Below are positions 1 to 9,753 of a stretch of 64,000 nucleotides of DNA, piece after piece (within the stretch, counting starts at the first letter, position 1; each line of letters opens with the position of its first letter). The notes beneath the pieces are model-generated. The model saw nothing but the letters and a program-made list of their open reading frames with translations. It was not told where the DNA came from and ran no database searches. The DNA is taken from contig CBDCNM010000002.1 in the NCBI GenBank assembly GCA_965219385.1, positions 2,412,936 to 2,476,935 of the forward strand, given 5' to 3'. The DNA is from Candidatus Latescibacterota bacterium. GTDB lineage: Bacteria > Latescibacterota > UBA2968 > UBA8231. The position numbers and the translations under genes are program-made.

Positions 1-116
1 TTATTCAGCCTTGCGGACCATCTCTGGGATGGTCTCTCCTGTTTCTTCATCTTCTCCGGCTGGGCCACCTCCACAATGCGCCGGATGATGTCGTCCAACG
101 TCTTTTTCTCAAGCAT
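1..116 (-). pseudogene. Fragment of an MNT (minimal nucleotidyltransferase) N-terminus, apparently deletion-joined to a HEPN-like fragment
   Basis: From ATG 116 it reads MLEKKTLDDIIRRIVEVAQPEK, a typical MNT start, but the expected IILFGS does not follow. Another frame reads EETGETIPEMVRKAE*, which resembles HEPN. At the window edge. Confidence 0.35.
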
Positions 117-258
117 CCTTCAAGTCCCAATTTGCGAAGTCCTCAATGAACCTCGTCATGGCAATACCTCCAAATACCTTGTAATATACAATAATGCCTT
201 ACTTGAAGGTAATGGAGCAAGGAACTAGCGCAGTGGCAATCGTGGGCTCTCTGCTTCC

Positions 259-2328
259 TCACTTGATCCCTTCCCACTCCACCACCTCCCGCCGCTCCAG
301 GTGCGCCTCGACCTCGGCCCGGCTGCGCCACACCGGCCGCAGGTCCTGCCGCGCCATCAGCTCCAACTGGTCGCCCCGGTGCGGCGAATCCGGCTGGCTG
401 GCATTGCCATAGCCCAGCAGCACCCGCGCCCGCACTGGCTCGCTGAATTCCACTACCGCCACATACGAATCGCCGCCGCGCACCTCGAATAGGCCGTCCG
501 TGCTCCGGGCGAACCACAGGGTGCGGAAACCCGGCCCGCCGCTGGCCGGTAGATCCCGCCCGGCAAAGCGGAGGCGGTGGATTTCCCTCCAGGGGACATC
601 GAGCGCCCCGTGCGTCTCTACCACCTTTTGGGCCGCCCGCTCTAAGGCCGCCACAGCGCCCCGGGGATCGGCCAGGCCGGAGGGCGTGCCCAGCGGGTCG
701 TCCATCTGCCAAGTCGTGCGGAAAGGCACCCCTCCCACTTGAGCGGCCCACTCATCAAACAACACCGCCCCCCGACTGTCCGCGGCCACTCGCCGGTCCC
801 ACGCGGCCAACACCGCGGCGGCCGGCCGCACCGAGTCGGCGCCGTGCTCTTCCACCGCGCTGAGCAAATCGTCGAGCACGCGGTCGGCCATTTCCCGGCG
901 GGTCGAGTGCTTGTACTCGACCAGTTCCTCAAAGGTGATTGACGCATCCTCGCTCAGCATGCGCAGCGAGCGCTGTTGGCGAAAGCCCAGGTGCGGGGCC
1001 GGCGCCATATAGGGCGGAAAATCCCCCGGGTCCAGTAGAAGGGGCACCGTCGCGGTCCAGGGCGGATCGTTGGTGTTTTGCACCCAGCCGCTGGGCGGGT
1101 CAAGCAGGCGCGGTAGGTCCTCGTACGCGTGCGTCTCCGTCCACAGGGTTGCCGCCGTATTCCCCGGCGCCACGCCCCGCCAATAGTCCCAATCCCCGCG
1201 ATTCCGGCGCGGCGTGCGGCCCCCGAACAGATAGAGGATATGCCCGTCCCGGTCGGCGTACACCACGTTGAAGAAGGGCATCTGCAGGCGCCGGAGCGCC
1301 TCCTCGAACTGGGGCAGCGAGGTCGCCCGAATCATGTCCCAGTACTGCTCCATGAGATGGGGCCGGTCCAGGCCCACCAGGCGCAGGGCCACCGCCTTGT
1401 CCTGCTTGCGGGCCAGCACCGGTCCGTGCACCGAGCGCAATACGGGCAGCGGCTCGGCCCTGAGCGTCCCGTCTTCCTGCCGCACCCGCAAAGTGTCCAC
1501 GCTCCGCTCAAAGGCGCGCACGCCGCCGTCCCACCGGTAGCCGCCCTCCACCAGCTCCAGCTCGTACAGGTCGGCCCCGTCCATGGTGTTGTTCGTGTGG
1601 GTCCAGCCTAGGTGGTCGTTGAAGGCAATGCCCAAAATGGGAAAGCCCACCAGCGTCGCCCCATACGCGTCCAAACCCGGCCCTTGCAACTGCACTTCGA
1701 ACCAGGTGGTCATGCCGCCCCAGGGCAGGTGCGGGTTGGCCAGCAACAGGGCGTGGCCGCTGGCCGAGCGGGACGGAGCCACGGCCCAGGCATTGGACCC
1801 GGCCCGCTGCCAGCGCCCCGCCCCCCGGGCCTGGCTTCCACCGACAAAAGAGAGGTGGATGACGCGCTGCAAATGCGCCAGCACGTCCTCGGCCACCACC
1901 GGCAGTACCCGCCGCCTGTCTGGATCAAGCCGGTCGGGGTGGGCCTGGGCATAGGCGTTCATCCCGGCGACAAAGGCGTCGAGGTATGCGCGCATCTGGA
2001 GGCTCTGCGCGTGATACCAGGCGCGGGCTCGTTGGGGAACGTCCATGATCCGCACGTACTGGTCTCCCTGGACATAGCCCGCTCCCCAGTACTCGGCCGC
2101 CCGGCCCCGAGCCTGACCGTACAACTCCAGCACCAAATCGCCGTGGTTGGCCATCTGGGCCCAGCCAAAAGCGTAGAACAACTGTGGCATATCGCGGGCA
2201 AAAATATGTGGCACACCCCAGGCGTCCCACAGAATCTCAGTCGGTCCCTGCTTTTTCACAGGACGCGGCCCCGGGTCACAGGCGCTCGTCCCCAATACCA
2301 CCAGGACGGCCAGCAACAGACGCAGCAT
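259..2328 (-). CDS. Penicillin acylase family Ntn-hydrolase (acyl-homoserine-lactone/7-ACA acylase-like), lipoprotein
   Basis: WDAWGVPHIFA, GSNAWAV (beta-chain Ser nucleophile) and LLANPHL motifs; signal peptide with TSAC lipobox; start placed at ATG 2328 (689 aa). Confidence 0.9.
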   Translation of the reverse strand: MLRLLLAVLVVLGTSACDPGPRPVKKQGPTEILWDAWGVPHIFARDMPQLFYAFGWAQMANHGDLVLELYGQARGRAAEYWGAGYVQGDQYVRIMDVPQRARAWYHAQSLQMRAYLDAFVAGMNAYAQAHPDRLDPDRRRVLPVVAEDVLAHLQRVIHLSFVGGSQARGAGRWQRAGSNAWAVAPSRSASGHALLLANPHLPWGGMTTWFEVQLQGPGLDAYGATLVGFPILGIAFNDHLGWTHTNNTMDGADLYELELVEGGYRWDGGVRAFERSVDTLRVRQEDGTLRAEPLPVLRSVHGPVLARKQDKAVALRLVGLDRPHLMEQYWDMIRATSLPQFEEALRRLQMPFFNVVYADRDGHILYLFGGRTPRRNRGDWDYWRGVAPGNTAATLWTETHAYEDLPRLLDPPSGWVQNTNDPPWTATVPLLLDPGDFPPYMAPAPHLGFRQQRSLRMLSEDASITFEELVEYKHSTRREMADRVLDDLLSAVEEHGADSVRPAAAVLAAWDRRVAADSRGAVLFDEWAAQVGGVPFRTTWQMDDPLGTPSGLADPRGAVAALERAAQKVVETHGALDVPWREIHRLRFAGRDLPASGGPGFRTLWFARSTDGLFEVRGGDSYVAVVEFSEPVRARVLLGYGNASQPDSPHRGDQLELMARQDLRPVWRSRAEVEAHLERREVVEWEGIK

Positions 2329-2452
2329 ACAAAATCTCCTCCAGGATTTGAATTTATTGACTTGCCCGACCGTTTTGCGGCGACCCTTGCCCACCGCCCA
2401 GAAGTAGCAAGGGCCACAGCAGGCCGATGCGCCCGTGCCCAGGGCGAGGCAC

Positions 2453-2886
2453 ATCATTCTCGATCTGACGGAGTCCGGAGAGAACTCCCGCGCCCTCAAA
2501 GCAATCTTTCGAGGTCCGTCGTCCGAGCCGATCCGCTACGGTTTCGATCAGCTCTCCGATGGCCAGCGACCCCTGATCGCCTTGTACAGCCTGATCCATC
2601 TCTCCGCGGATCGCCCCAGGTGTCGCTGTTCGTCAACCAACCAGACAACTACCTCGCCCTTGGGGAAGTACAGCCTTGGCTCGCCGAAGCGGTCGAGCGG
2701 ACTGGCGAGTCCTTGGGGCAGGTTGTCGTTGCATCGCACCACCCCGTGACGATTGATTACATGGCGGGCGCGAACGGCAGATGGTTCTTCCGCGACGGAG
2801 ACGGCCCGGTGCAGGTGAGCAAGAAACCGAAGAATACCGTCGATGTCCTGTCGCTGTCCGAGACCATAGCAAGACGCTGGGAATGA
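2453..2886 (+). pseudogene. C-terminal remnant of an ABC/AAA_21-type ATPase (frameshifted)
   Basis: FDQLSDGQR signature, then a frameshift into SLFVNQPDNYL (degenerate Walker B, DEP to NQP) and VVVASHHP (H-loop); no N-terminal Walker A. Confidence 0.65.
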
Positions 2887-3071
2887 GCGTCCAGATCGTA
2901 TTGCTCTACGAGGACGCCGCCACGGACAGGTTCGTGCGCCGATTCCTGTCCGAACGAAAATTCAGGGGCCGTGGGATCCAGACTCTTCCTTTCACATCCG
3001 GACCGGCGGAGTATTGGGTCCGCAAGAAGTACCCCAATGAATTGAGGGCCATTCGCAGCCGGCAAAACGCC
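2883..3071 (+). pseudogene. Truncated TOPRIM/DUF4276-like partner of the ATPase
   Basis: The ATG overlaps the ATPase stop (ATGA). Reads MSVQIVLLYEDAATDRFVRRFL...WVRKKYPNELRAIR and is then cut by the duplicated segment at 3072. Confidence 0.45.
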
Positions 3072-3405
3072 GCCAGTGACGATAAAAGAAGTGGATGTCT
3101 TGTTCTTGTCGAACAACCCCTTCATCAGGTTTCGCCAGCGCGCGTACTTGTGAATCTCGTCGAAAATGACGCGTGCCCGACCGGAGAGGAGTCGCGCGGC
3201 TCCATCCCTGCCGACTTTCTCGAATGTGACGTTAGTATTTCAGATGATGCTCTAATATATTCGTGAGTATTTCAGAGTCAACAGGAAAACAAGGATACGC
3301 CGCCGGTCGGCAGGAATCAACTCGGGCAACCCGCCAGCGGATGGCCGGCGACGGGGCCATCCTGAGCGGTCAGGCGCCCCCCCAAGCACCGCTTGACAAA
3401 ACGAC
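3072..3405. repeat. Diverged, internally deleted copy of the AAA/DUF4143 gene 5' part and its upstream region
   Basis: 3072-3173 matches 6983-7084 (about 9 mismatches in 102 nt by eye); 3195-3405 matches 7284-7493. Confidence 0.9.
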
Positions 3406-3444
3406 TTAGGCGACCTTGATTACCGATAACACCATCAGAAGGGG

Positions 3445-3623
3445 CCTAGTAGTCCGAGGTGGAGAAAGCCGGCCACATGGCGAAGGCTCCTGGGTAAAGG
3501 GAGAAGACACGATTAGTGCCTTTCTCCAAACGAGCCTACAAGCGCAGCCGAAAGGCGGCCGCGTTTGATTTTCTGGGCTTTACCTTTTATTGGAGGTACT
3601 CGCGCAAAGGAGCCGTATTCCCT
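3445..3623 (+). mobile_element. Group II intron remnant (RNA domain-III-like motif plus RT fragment)
   Basis: TAGTAGTCCGAGGTGGAGAAAGCCGGCCACATGGCGAAGG motif followed by a frame reading EKTRLVPFSK...FDFLGFTFYW (RT6/7 signature of intron-encoded RTs). Confidence 0.65.
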
Positions 3624-3956
3624 CGTCCGGCGCTCCCGGTTTGCAGAGGTCGCGATGCCAGTTCCGGCGCGGCGCCCGCCTCCGGCGGCGAGCATGCCGA
3701 AGAGGCTGTGGCGCACCCCCGGGCCGCGGATGAGGGATTCGAGACGGGGTGCGATGTCCTCGTCGATCCAGTCGGCCACCGGCGGATCGAGCTCCATGAA
3801 CGGTTGTTTTCGAGTCGCGTCCGGCGCGCTTGGCTGGAACGCCGGTGCTGCTTATACTTTCCTGGCCGCACGGTCGCCCACAACGGCGGAACTCTTCGCC
3901 GCGCCGCACCATGCGGACTTTTCCGCGACCCGACACTTCGGAATCAGGAGATACGT

Positions 3957-6044
3957 ATGTCACCGCGAATCAGCATGTTTCTTCCGGCCGGGCTGACCGC
4001 CCTGTGTGTCCTGGTGCAATGCAGCAAACCCGGGCCGGCTCCTCCGCCTCCGCTGCCGCCGGCTCCCATATATACCGGCGATCTTCCCGACCTGCGGTCG
4101 CGCGGCGCGCTACGGGTGATCGTCCCCCTGGAGCCGATCTCCTATATGCCCCGGCACGGGGAGCAGGTGACCCTCGACTACGATATCGCCCGCGACCTCG
4201 CCGAGGCGCTCAAGCTGAACCTGGTGCTTGTCGAGGTCGGGGATTATTCCCGGATGATGGGGAAGCTACTGGAAGGCGAGGGCGACTTGGTCGCGGCCAG
4301 CCTGACCATTACGCCCGAGCGCCAAAAGCAGGCGGCGTTTTCAGTCCCCCATCTCTACGTCGACGAATACCTGGTTACAAGGTCGGGCGGCGATCAGCCC
4401 GAGACGGTCGCCGACCTCGCCGGCATGGAGATCAGCGTGCGGCGGTCGAGCTCGTACTACCAGACCCTGGTCGGGCTTCAGCAACAGGTGCCGTCTCTGC
4501 GCATCCACACCGTAGCGGAAACGCTCAACATCGAGGGATTGCTGGAAGGAGTCGCTAGCGGCCAATACGAGGCGACCGTATCCGACGCGCATCTGTGGCA
4601 GGCCCTGTCCGGCTATTACGACGGTTTGGCGACGCCGCTGGTGCTGGCCCGGGAGCGCCCGATCGCCTTGATGATGCGGCCCGGCGATACCCAGCTCAAG
4701 ACGAAGGTGGACGAATTTCTTCTCGCCCGGCAGTTCACGCGCCGACGCCAGCACGAATTCACCGACGACCTGCCCGGGCTGATTGAACGCGGCCGCTTGC
4801 GCATGATCACGCGCAACAACGCGATGACCTACTTCATTCACCGGGGCCTGCAGGTCGGGTTCGAGTACGAGCTGATGAAGAAGTTCGCCTCGGAGCACGG
4901 CCTGCGCCTCGAGATCGTCATCCCGGACAGCCACGCCGAACTGCTGGCGTATTTGAACCAAGGCAAGGGGGACGTCGTGGCCGCGGCCATGACCATAACC
5001 CTTGAACGGCAGGCCCGGGCGGCCTTTACCAGGCCCTATAACGAGGTGGACGAACTGGTGGTGGTGCGCGCGGATGAAGATTCGATTACCGGCCTGCGCG
5101 ATCTGGCCGGGCGGACCGTCCACGTGCGCGCCAGCTCGTCGTTTTATACGACGCTGACGGCGTTGCAGGATTCCCTGAAAGGGCTCGAGATCGCACTGCT
5201 GCCCGAAGATGTAGAGACCGAGGATGTCCTTGCCGGGGTCGAAGCGGGCCTCTATGACATCACCTTGTCCGATGCCAACCTGCTCGACGTGGAACTCGCC
5301 TATGGCCGCCGGCTCAAAGCCGCCTTCAGGATCAAGCCGACCGTGCTGGGCTGGGCGGTGCGCCAGGAGAATCCCGCCTTGCTGGCGTCGCTCAACCGGT
5401 ACATAGAGCGGGAAAAAGGCGGCCTGTTTTTCAACATGATGAAGAAGAGATATTTCGAGAACAGCCGCGGCATTGCCAGGGCCAAGGATTCAATGCGGGT
5501 CGATTTGAGCGGGCAGTTGTCGCCCTATGACGAACTGGCGAAAAAATACGCCCTGCGCTACGGCCAGGACTGGCGCCTGATTACCGCGCAGATGTACCAG
5601 GAATCGAGATTCGATCCCGAGGCCGTCAGTTGGGTCGGGGCCCAGGGATTGATGCAGATCATGCCGGACACGGGGCGCCAGTTGGGATTTACCAACCTGC
5701 AGGATCCGGAGGATAGCATCCACGCGGGTACAAAGTACATGTATCAGCTCATCGACCGCTTCGATCTCAATATCCCCATGGAAGCGCGGATTCGCTTTGC
5801 CCTGGCTTCCTACAATGTCGGCTACGGCCATCTGCTCGACGCCCGCCGTTTGGCGCGGGAGAAGGGCTGGGATCCCGACCGCTGGTTCGGCCAGGTGGAA
5901 GAGGCGATGCGCCTGCTTTCCCAACCGGCTTACTACAAGCGGGCGCGATACGGCTTCTGCCGCGGCGGCCAGCCCGTGCACTACGTCGAAAACATTCAGA
6001 ATTTATACGACGCCTACGTCGCAATACTGGAAAACGCTGAGTGA
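3957..6044 (+). CDS. mltF: MltF-type lytic murein transglycosylase (two SBP family-3 domains plus SLT)
   Basis: Two substrate-binding-type repeats (DLVAASLTIT, DVVAAAMTIT) and SLT motifs YQESRF, AQGLMQIM, ASYNVG; start at ATG 3957 behind AGGAG. Confidence 0.85.
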   Translation: MSPRISMFLPAGLTALCVLVQCSKPGPAPPPPLPPAPIYTGDLPDLRSRGALRVIVPLEPISYMPRHGEQVTLDYDIARDLAEALKLNLVLVEVGDYSRMMGKLLEGEGDLVAASLTITPERQKQAAFSVPHLYVDEYLVTRSGGDQPETVADLAGMEISVRRSSSYYQTLVGLQQQVPSLRIHTVAETLNIEGLLEGVASGQYEATVSDAHLWQALSGYYDGLATPLVLARERPIALMMRPGDTQLKTKVDEFLLARQFTRRRQHEFTDDLPGLIERGRLRMITRNNAMTYFIHRGLQVGFEYELMKKFASEHGLRLEIVIPDSHAELLAYLNQGKGDVVAAAMTITLERQARAAFTRPYNEVDELVVVRADEDSITGLRDLAGRTVHVRASSSFYTTLTALQDSLKGLEIALLPEDVETEDVLAGVEAGLYDITLSDANLLDVELAYGRRLKAAFRIKPTVLGWAVRQENPALLASLNRYIEREKGGLFFNMMKKRYFENSRGIARAKDSMRVDLSGQLSPYDELAKKYALRYGQDWRLITAQMYQESRFDPEAVSWVGAQGLMQIMPDTGRQLGFTNLQDPEDSIHAGTKYMYQLIDRFDLNIPMEARIRFALASYNVGYGHLLDARRLAREKGWDPDRWFGQVEEAMRLLSQPAYYKRARYGFCRGGQPVHYVENIQNLYDAYVAILENAE

Positions 6045-6154
6045 TCGGTAGTGGAGGTTCGAAAGACCGCGGGGGCGACTACCCGCCGCCGCTCCCACGA
6101 ACCCGGCCCACGCCGGCCCGCCAACCCCAGCACCTGGCCCGGGCCCAATGCATA

Positions 6155-7294
6155 TCAGGGCAGCCCTACTTCGCGGCAGAAGGTTGAGAACGGCAGAACC
6201 CGCGTGCCGGTGGTGGCATTGCCAAAATTCTTCGTGCCCAGGTGCACCTGGTAGAACCGTGGAATATCCGTCCGCTCCCTGAAGTAGCGGCAGGCGGGCG
6301 CGGCGCTTTGCTCGCCACTTTTGCACTCTACGGCGAATTCTGCCTGGCCGCCGCGGAGAACGACGAAGTCTACCTCGCGCTTGTCGGTATCGCGAATGAA
6401 GCGCAACTCCATCTCATATCCTTCTGTATCCTCAACATAGTGGCAGTACTTCAGCAAGTGGCCAGCCACCATGTTCTCGAACCGGGCACCACGGTCGGCC
6501 ACGCGCGACCAGTCCCAGAAATACAGTTTTTTCTCTTTGCGGACAGCCCTGATTCTCTTGGCCCCAAACGGCGGAATGCGGTAGCACAGGTAGAGCCTCT
6601 CAAAGATCGTCAGCCAGCGTTCGACGGTTTCATAAGCCACTTGCAGCAATTTGCTGAGGCTGTTGACCGAAAGGGGAGAGCCCACGCATGTCGGCAAGTG
6701 AGACAGCAGCAGTTCCAGCATGGACATCTCCCGGACATTCTCCAGATCGCGGAGGTCTTCATAGATGACTCTGGCAGAATGCTCGCGCAGCCAGCGGCGA
6801 TGAAAACGCACCTCCCCCCTGAGAAAAGGCTCGGGGAAACCGCCGAATCTGAGCAATTGCTCCACCATCGCGTCATCCGGCGCCCCCCCGTATTCCATCG
6901 CCGTGAACGGATGAAGCCGGTAGTAGTGATACCGCCCCTGCAAGGAGTCGCCGCCTTTGCGATAGTAGTCCAGACGCGCCGAGCCGGTTACGATGAAAGA
7001 GATGGATGTCCTGTTCTTGTCGAACAATCCTTTCATCAGGTTTCGCCAGTGCGCGTACTTGTGAATCTCGTCGAAAATGACGCGGGGCTGGCCGGAGGGC
7101 AACCGTTCCGCCAGAATATCCTCGCGATCGGCCAGCACGTCCCAGTTCAGATAAGCCGGCGACGACTCGTCTTGGCCTCGGTCCAGCAGAGACAGCGCCA
7201 GTGTCGTTTTTCCAACCTGGCGTGGACCGCCGACGAATACCATCCTGTTCCCCAGGTCCGCTTCGATACTATTCTTAATATATCGCGGCTCCAT
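6155..7294 (-). CDS. AAA+ ATPase, AAA_14 plus DUF4143 family
   Basis: GPRQVGKT Walker A, IFDEIHK Walker B, TGSA, GGFPE, KLYFWD, REVDFV and ECK motifs. Confidence 0.9.
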   Translation of the reverse strand: MEPRYIKNSIEADLGNRMVFVGGPRQVGKTTLALSLLDRGQDESSPAYLNWDVLADREDILAERLPSGQPRVIFDEIHKYAHWRNLMKGLFDKNRTSISFIVTGSARLDYYRKGGDSLQGRYHYYRLHPFTAMEYGGAPDDAMVEQLLRFGGFPEPFLRGEVRFHRRWLREHSARVIYEDLRDLENVREMSMLELLLSHLPTCVGSPLSVNSLSKLLQVAYETVERWLTIFERLYLCYRIPPFGAKRIRAVRKEKKLYFWDWSRVADRGARFENMVAGHLLKYCHYVEDTEGYEMELRFIRDTDKREVDFVVLRGGQAEFAVECKSGEQSAAPACRYFRERTDIPRFYQVHLGTKNFGNATTGTRVLPFSTFCREVGLP

Positions 7295-7458
7295 CCCTGC
7301 CAACTCTCCCTTATGCGGCGTTAGTATATTTTACCATACTCTAAAATAGTCATGAGTATTTCAGAGTCAATAGGAAAACAAGGATACGCCGCCGATGGGC
7401 GGGAATCGACTCGGGCAACCCGCCAGTGGATGGCCGGCGACGGAGCCATTCTGAGCGG

Positions 7459-7923
7459 TCAGGCGCCCCCCGAGCACCGCTTGACAAAACGACCTTCGAT
7501 GCTGTCGGTCACGGGCTTTACTCGCTCTCCGTTGGTGGCGTCTCTTCGACCGTGCGGAGGGCTTGATCGAAGGTCTTGATAGCACGCACGCACGCCGCGC
7601 CGGCGGCAGCTCGCAAGATGGCAGAGGTCTCGAGCGCCCAGCGTGGGATACTGCTCGTGGAGTTGGCGAGCGAGCGTGACGTCTTCGTATGCCAGCGGCC
7701 ACACTTCGATACGGGATCTGACGATCAGGGACATTGCGGCATCGAGCGTCTGTAGTCTCCCGACTGGGAGATAGGCATGCACCAACTCCTGCACGACCTC
7801 GGCCGAGGTGCAAAGGGGGGTCTGGTTGCGCTGCGATTCGGCGAAGAACCTTCGGGCGGAATCGCGAAGCGGATGTGGCCGTCCTACCGCGTACATGAAG
7901 ACGTTTGTATCGACGAAGGTCAC
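7459..7923 (-). pseudogene. vapC: VapC (PIN-domain) toxin with a C-terminal frameshift
   Basis: FVDTNVFMY, SAEVVQE and ARDLCHLA motifs. The conserved IKTFD tail is out of frame at a (GCAC)3 run at 7582-7593; the restored stop would be at 7518-7520. Confidence 0.8.
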
Positions 7924-8195
7924 GTGCTGGCTGCGCCACGTCTACGCGATTCGTTGATGACGTCCAGGTGCTCCTCCCAAGCTGGCTCCGCTTGGGGTCC
8001 ATCCAATGCGTCACAGGCTCGAAAGAACGCATCGAGATCGGCTGGTGACTCGAAGCGGTCGGATCGTTGCTGTTGTCCGAGCCGCTCGCGAGCAGCGGTT
8101 TTGAGCCACTCACTCAACGTCATTCCCTCTCTTCGCGCCTGATGGACGAACCGGTCGCGGTCCTCATCGGGGATCACGAGCTGAACTCTAGCCAT
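7920..8195 (-). CDS. vapB: Antitoxin (RHH/CopG-like, VapB-type)
   Basis: 91 aa, MARVQLVIPDEDRDRFVHQARREGMTLSEWLK; 4-nt overlap with vapC. Confidence 0.75.
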   Translation of the reverse strand: MARVQLVIPDEDRDRFVHQARREGMTLSEWLKTAARERLGQQQRSDRFESPADLDAFFRACDALDGPQAEPAWEEHLDVINESRRRGAAST

Positions 8196-8214
8196 TGTAA
8201 AAGTCTTCCTTTGG

Positions 8215-8232
8215 ATGTGTATGTGTATGTGT
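8215..8232. repeat. (ATGTGT)3 microsatellite in the vapB upstream region
   Basis: Three tandem units here versus one unit in the paralogous copy at about 12231. Confidence 0.85.
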
Positions 8233-8317
8233 ATGGATATTGCATACCTTTCCATCAGCAGCCAACTCGGTGCTATATCGCAGTCCTTGCTCATGCTTCT
8301 GTATCCCTGTATTATTC

Positions 8318-8429
8318 CCGGGTCTTTGAGGGTCGGCTTGTGAACCACGGAAACGGATCGTACAAGGGATACCCGCTCGGCAGTGAGGAGTGGCCGGACG
8401 GCATCGAGGAGATATATGCAGAAGCTTAG
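8318..8429 (+). pseudogene. C-terminal remnant of a small protein coupled to the IrrE-like gene
   Basis: Reads RVFEGRLVNHGNGSYKGYPLGSEEWPDGIEEIYAEA*; its stop overlaps the start of the next gene; no start codon. Confidence 0.4.
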
Positions 8430-9726
8430 GTTCGAGATTGACTGGGTTGATGCGGAACGGATCAACGGTCCGGAATTGTCCGCTACTTGGGCGTCTTTGC
8501 GAATCTGCGCCGGGGACTCGGTGATCACCCGCGTGCTGGATGAACGGGCAAAGACAGTGCGCGACTTCGTGTATGTCCCGCTGTATCCACTCGCGGAGTG
8601 GTTGGCGACGAACTGGTGGTTCCTGACGCAGGAAATTAACAATCCGGAAAAGGAAGACGATCCCGACTTTCATCGCCGCCATGCCCTAAGCTCCAGCCGA
8701 GAGGGGTATGCGTTTCCCAACCTTGAGGTGTTCTCCTCCGGTGGTTGGACGCATCTTGCCTGGCAACAAGGTCTATCTCCATGGACCAGGGTCGAGTTCC
8801 TGGACCAGGGAGAAATCCGGATTGACAGTAGTGAGTTCCGCGATGCCTGTGCCGGCGTCGTTGATCAAGTGATTCGGCGGCTTGTATCTTTCGATATCGA
8901 AGAGACGTTTCTACAACAAGAATGGGTCGCGATTCAGGCGGCGGATAAAGACGAGTCCGACTTCTGCGCAACCGCGGCCGGGCTCGGTTTGGATCCGTAT
9001 GCCCTGGATGACGCAAAGCGCGCACTCGTGCTTGAACTCGTTGAGAAGTTGAGTGGGGCGGTGCTCGAAGAAGCGGTAGCCGCCCTCGATCCGCGGACCC
9101 TGCGCGTGGGCTGCTCTACTATCACGGACGCAATTGCCGGCACCAAGTCCAACGGCCTTCTCCTGGAACGGCCCCGGTTGATTCATCAAGAAGTTCGTCC
9201 GGACGAAAGCGCGGCGGGACTCCATCCTTGGAAGGCGGGCTACGACTTGGCGCGACGGCTACGGCGGAACCTCGACCTGGATGGTACCCCGCTGCCTACT
9301 ATGCCTCAACTGGCGGAAGTCATTGGCGAAGCCCCGGAACTACTCGACAGAGTAACCGAACCGGTAGATCTGCACGGGGCGGCGCTGGTCGATGGCGTGG
9401 TCACTCGGAACGACGACCAGAACCCCGCCTTTGGGTTTCGTCAGCTTGGCGAGCATAGCAGGCGTTTCCACTTCTGCCGCGCCCTGGCCGAAGTGTTGGC
9501 ATCACCTGGCACGGATACGCTGCTCACAAAAGCGAACTCCGAGCGGCAACAGCGCAATCGCGCCTTCGCAGCCGAGTTCTTGGCACCCTCGTCCGGCTTG
9601 CAGGAGAGGATATCTGGCCAGACCGTGGATGGCGACCAAATAGACGAGTTGGCGGATGAGTTCGGTGTTTCCGCACGCGTCATCGAACATCAAGTCCAGA
9701 ATCACCACATAGCTCGGGTGTGCTGA
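8416..9726 (+). CDS. ImmA/IrrE (COG2856)-like protein with a large N-terminal extension
   Basis: 436 aa. The C-terminal RRFHFCRALAE...QRNRAFAAEFLAP...LADEFGVS...IEHQ follows the IrrE/ImmA pattern, but HExxH is degenerate. Confidence 0.65.
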   Translation: MQKLRFEIDWVDAERINGPELSATWASLRICAGDSVITRVLDERAKTVRDFVYVPLYPLAEWLATNWWFLTQEINNPEKEDDPDFHRRHALSSSREGYAFPNLEVFSSGGWTHLAWQQGLSPWTRVEFLDQGEIRIDSSEFRDACAGVVDQVIRRLVSFDIEETFLQQEWVAIQAADKDESDFCATAAGLGLDPYALDDAKRALVLELVEKLSGAVLEEAVAALDPRTLRVGCSTITDAIAGTKSNGLLLERPRLIHQEVRPDESAAGLHPWKAGYDLARRLRRNLDLDGTPLPTMPQLAEVIGEAPELLDRVTEPVDLHGAALVDGVVTRNDDQNPAFGFRQLGEHSRRFHFCRALAEVLASPGTDTLLTKANSERQQRNRAFAAEFLAPSSGLQERISGQTVDGDQIDELADEFGVSARVIEHQVQNHHIARVC

Positions 9727-9753
9727 TAGCCTGGAAAGTTTGAGGAACAAATC

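Noticed and set aside
3516..3956. 147-aa N-terminal extension of the mltF ORF
   Set aside because: Made of the intron RT relic and junk sequence; the RBS and signal peptide are at ATG 3957.
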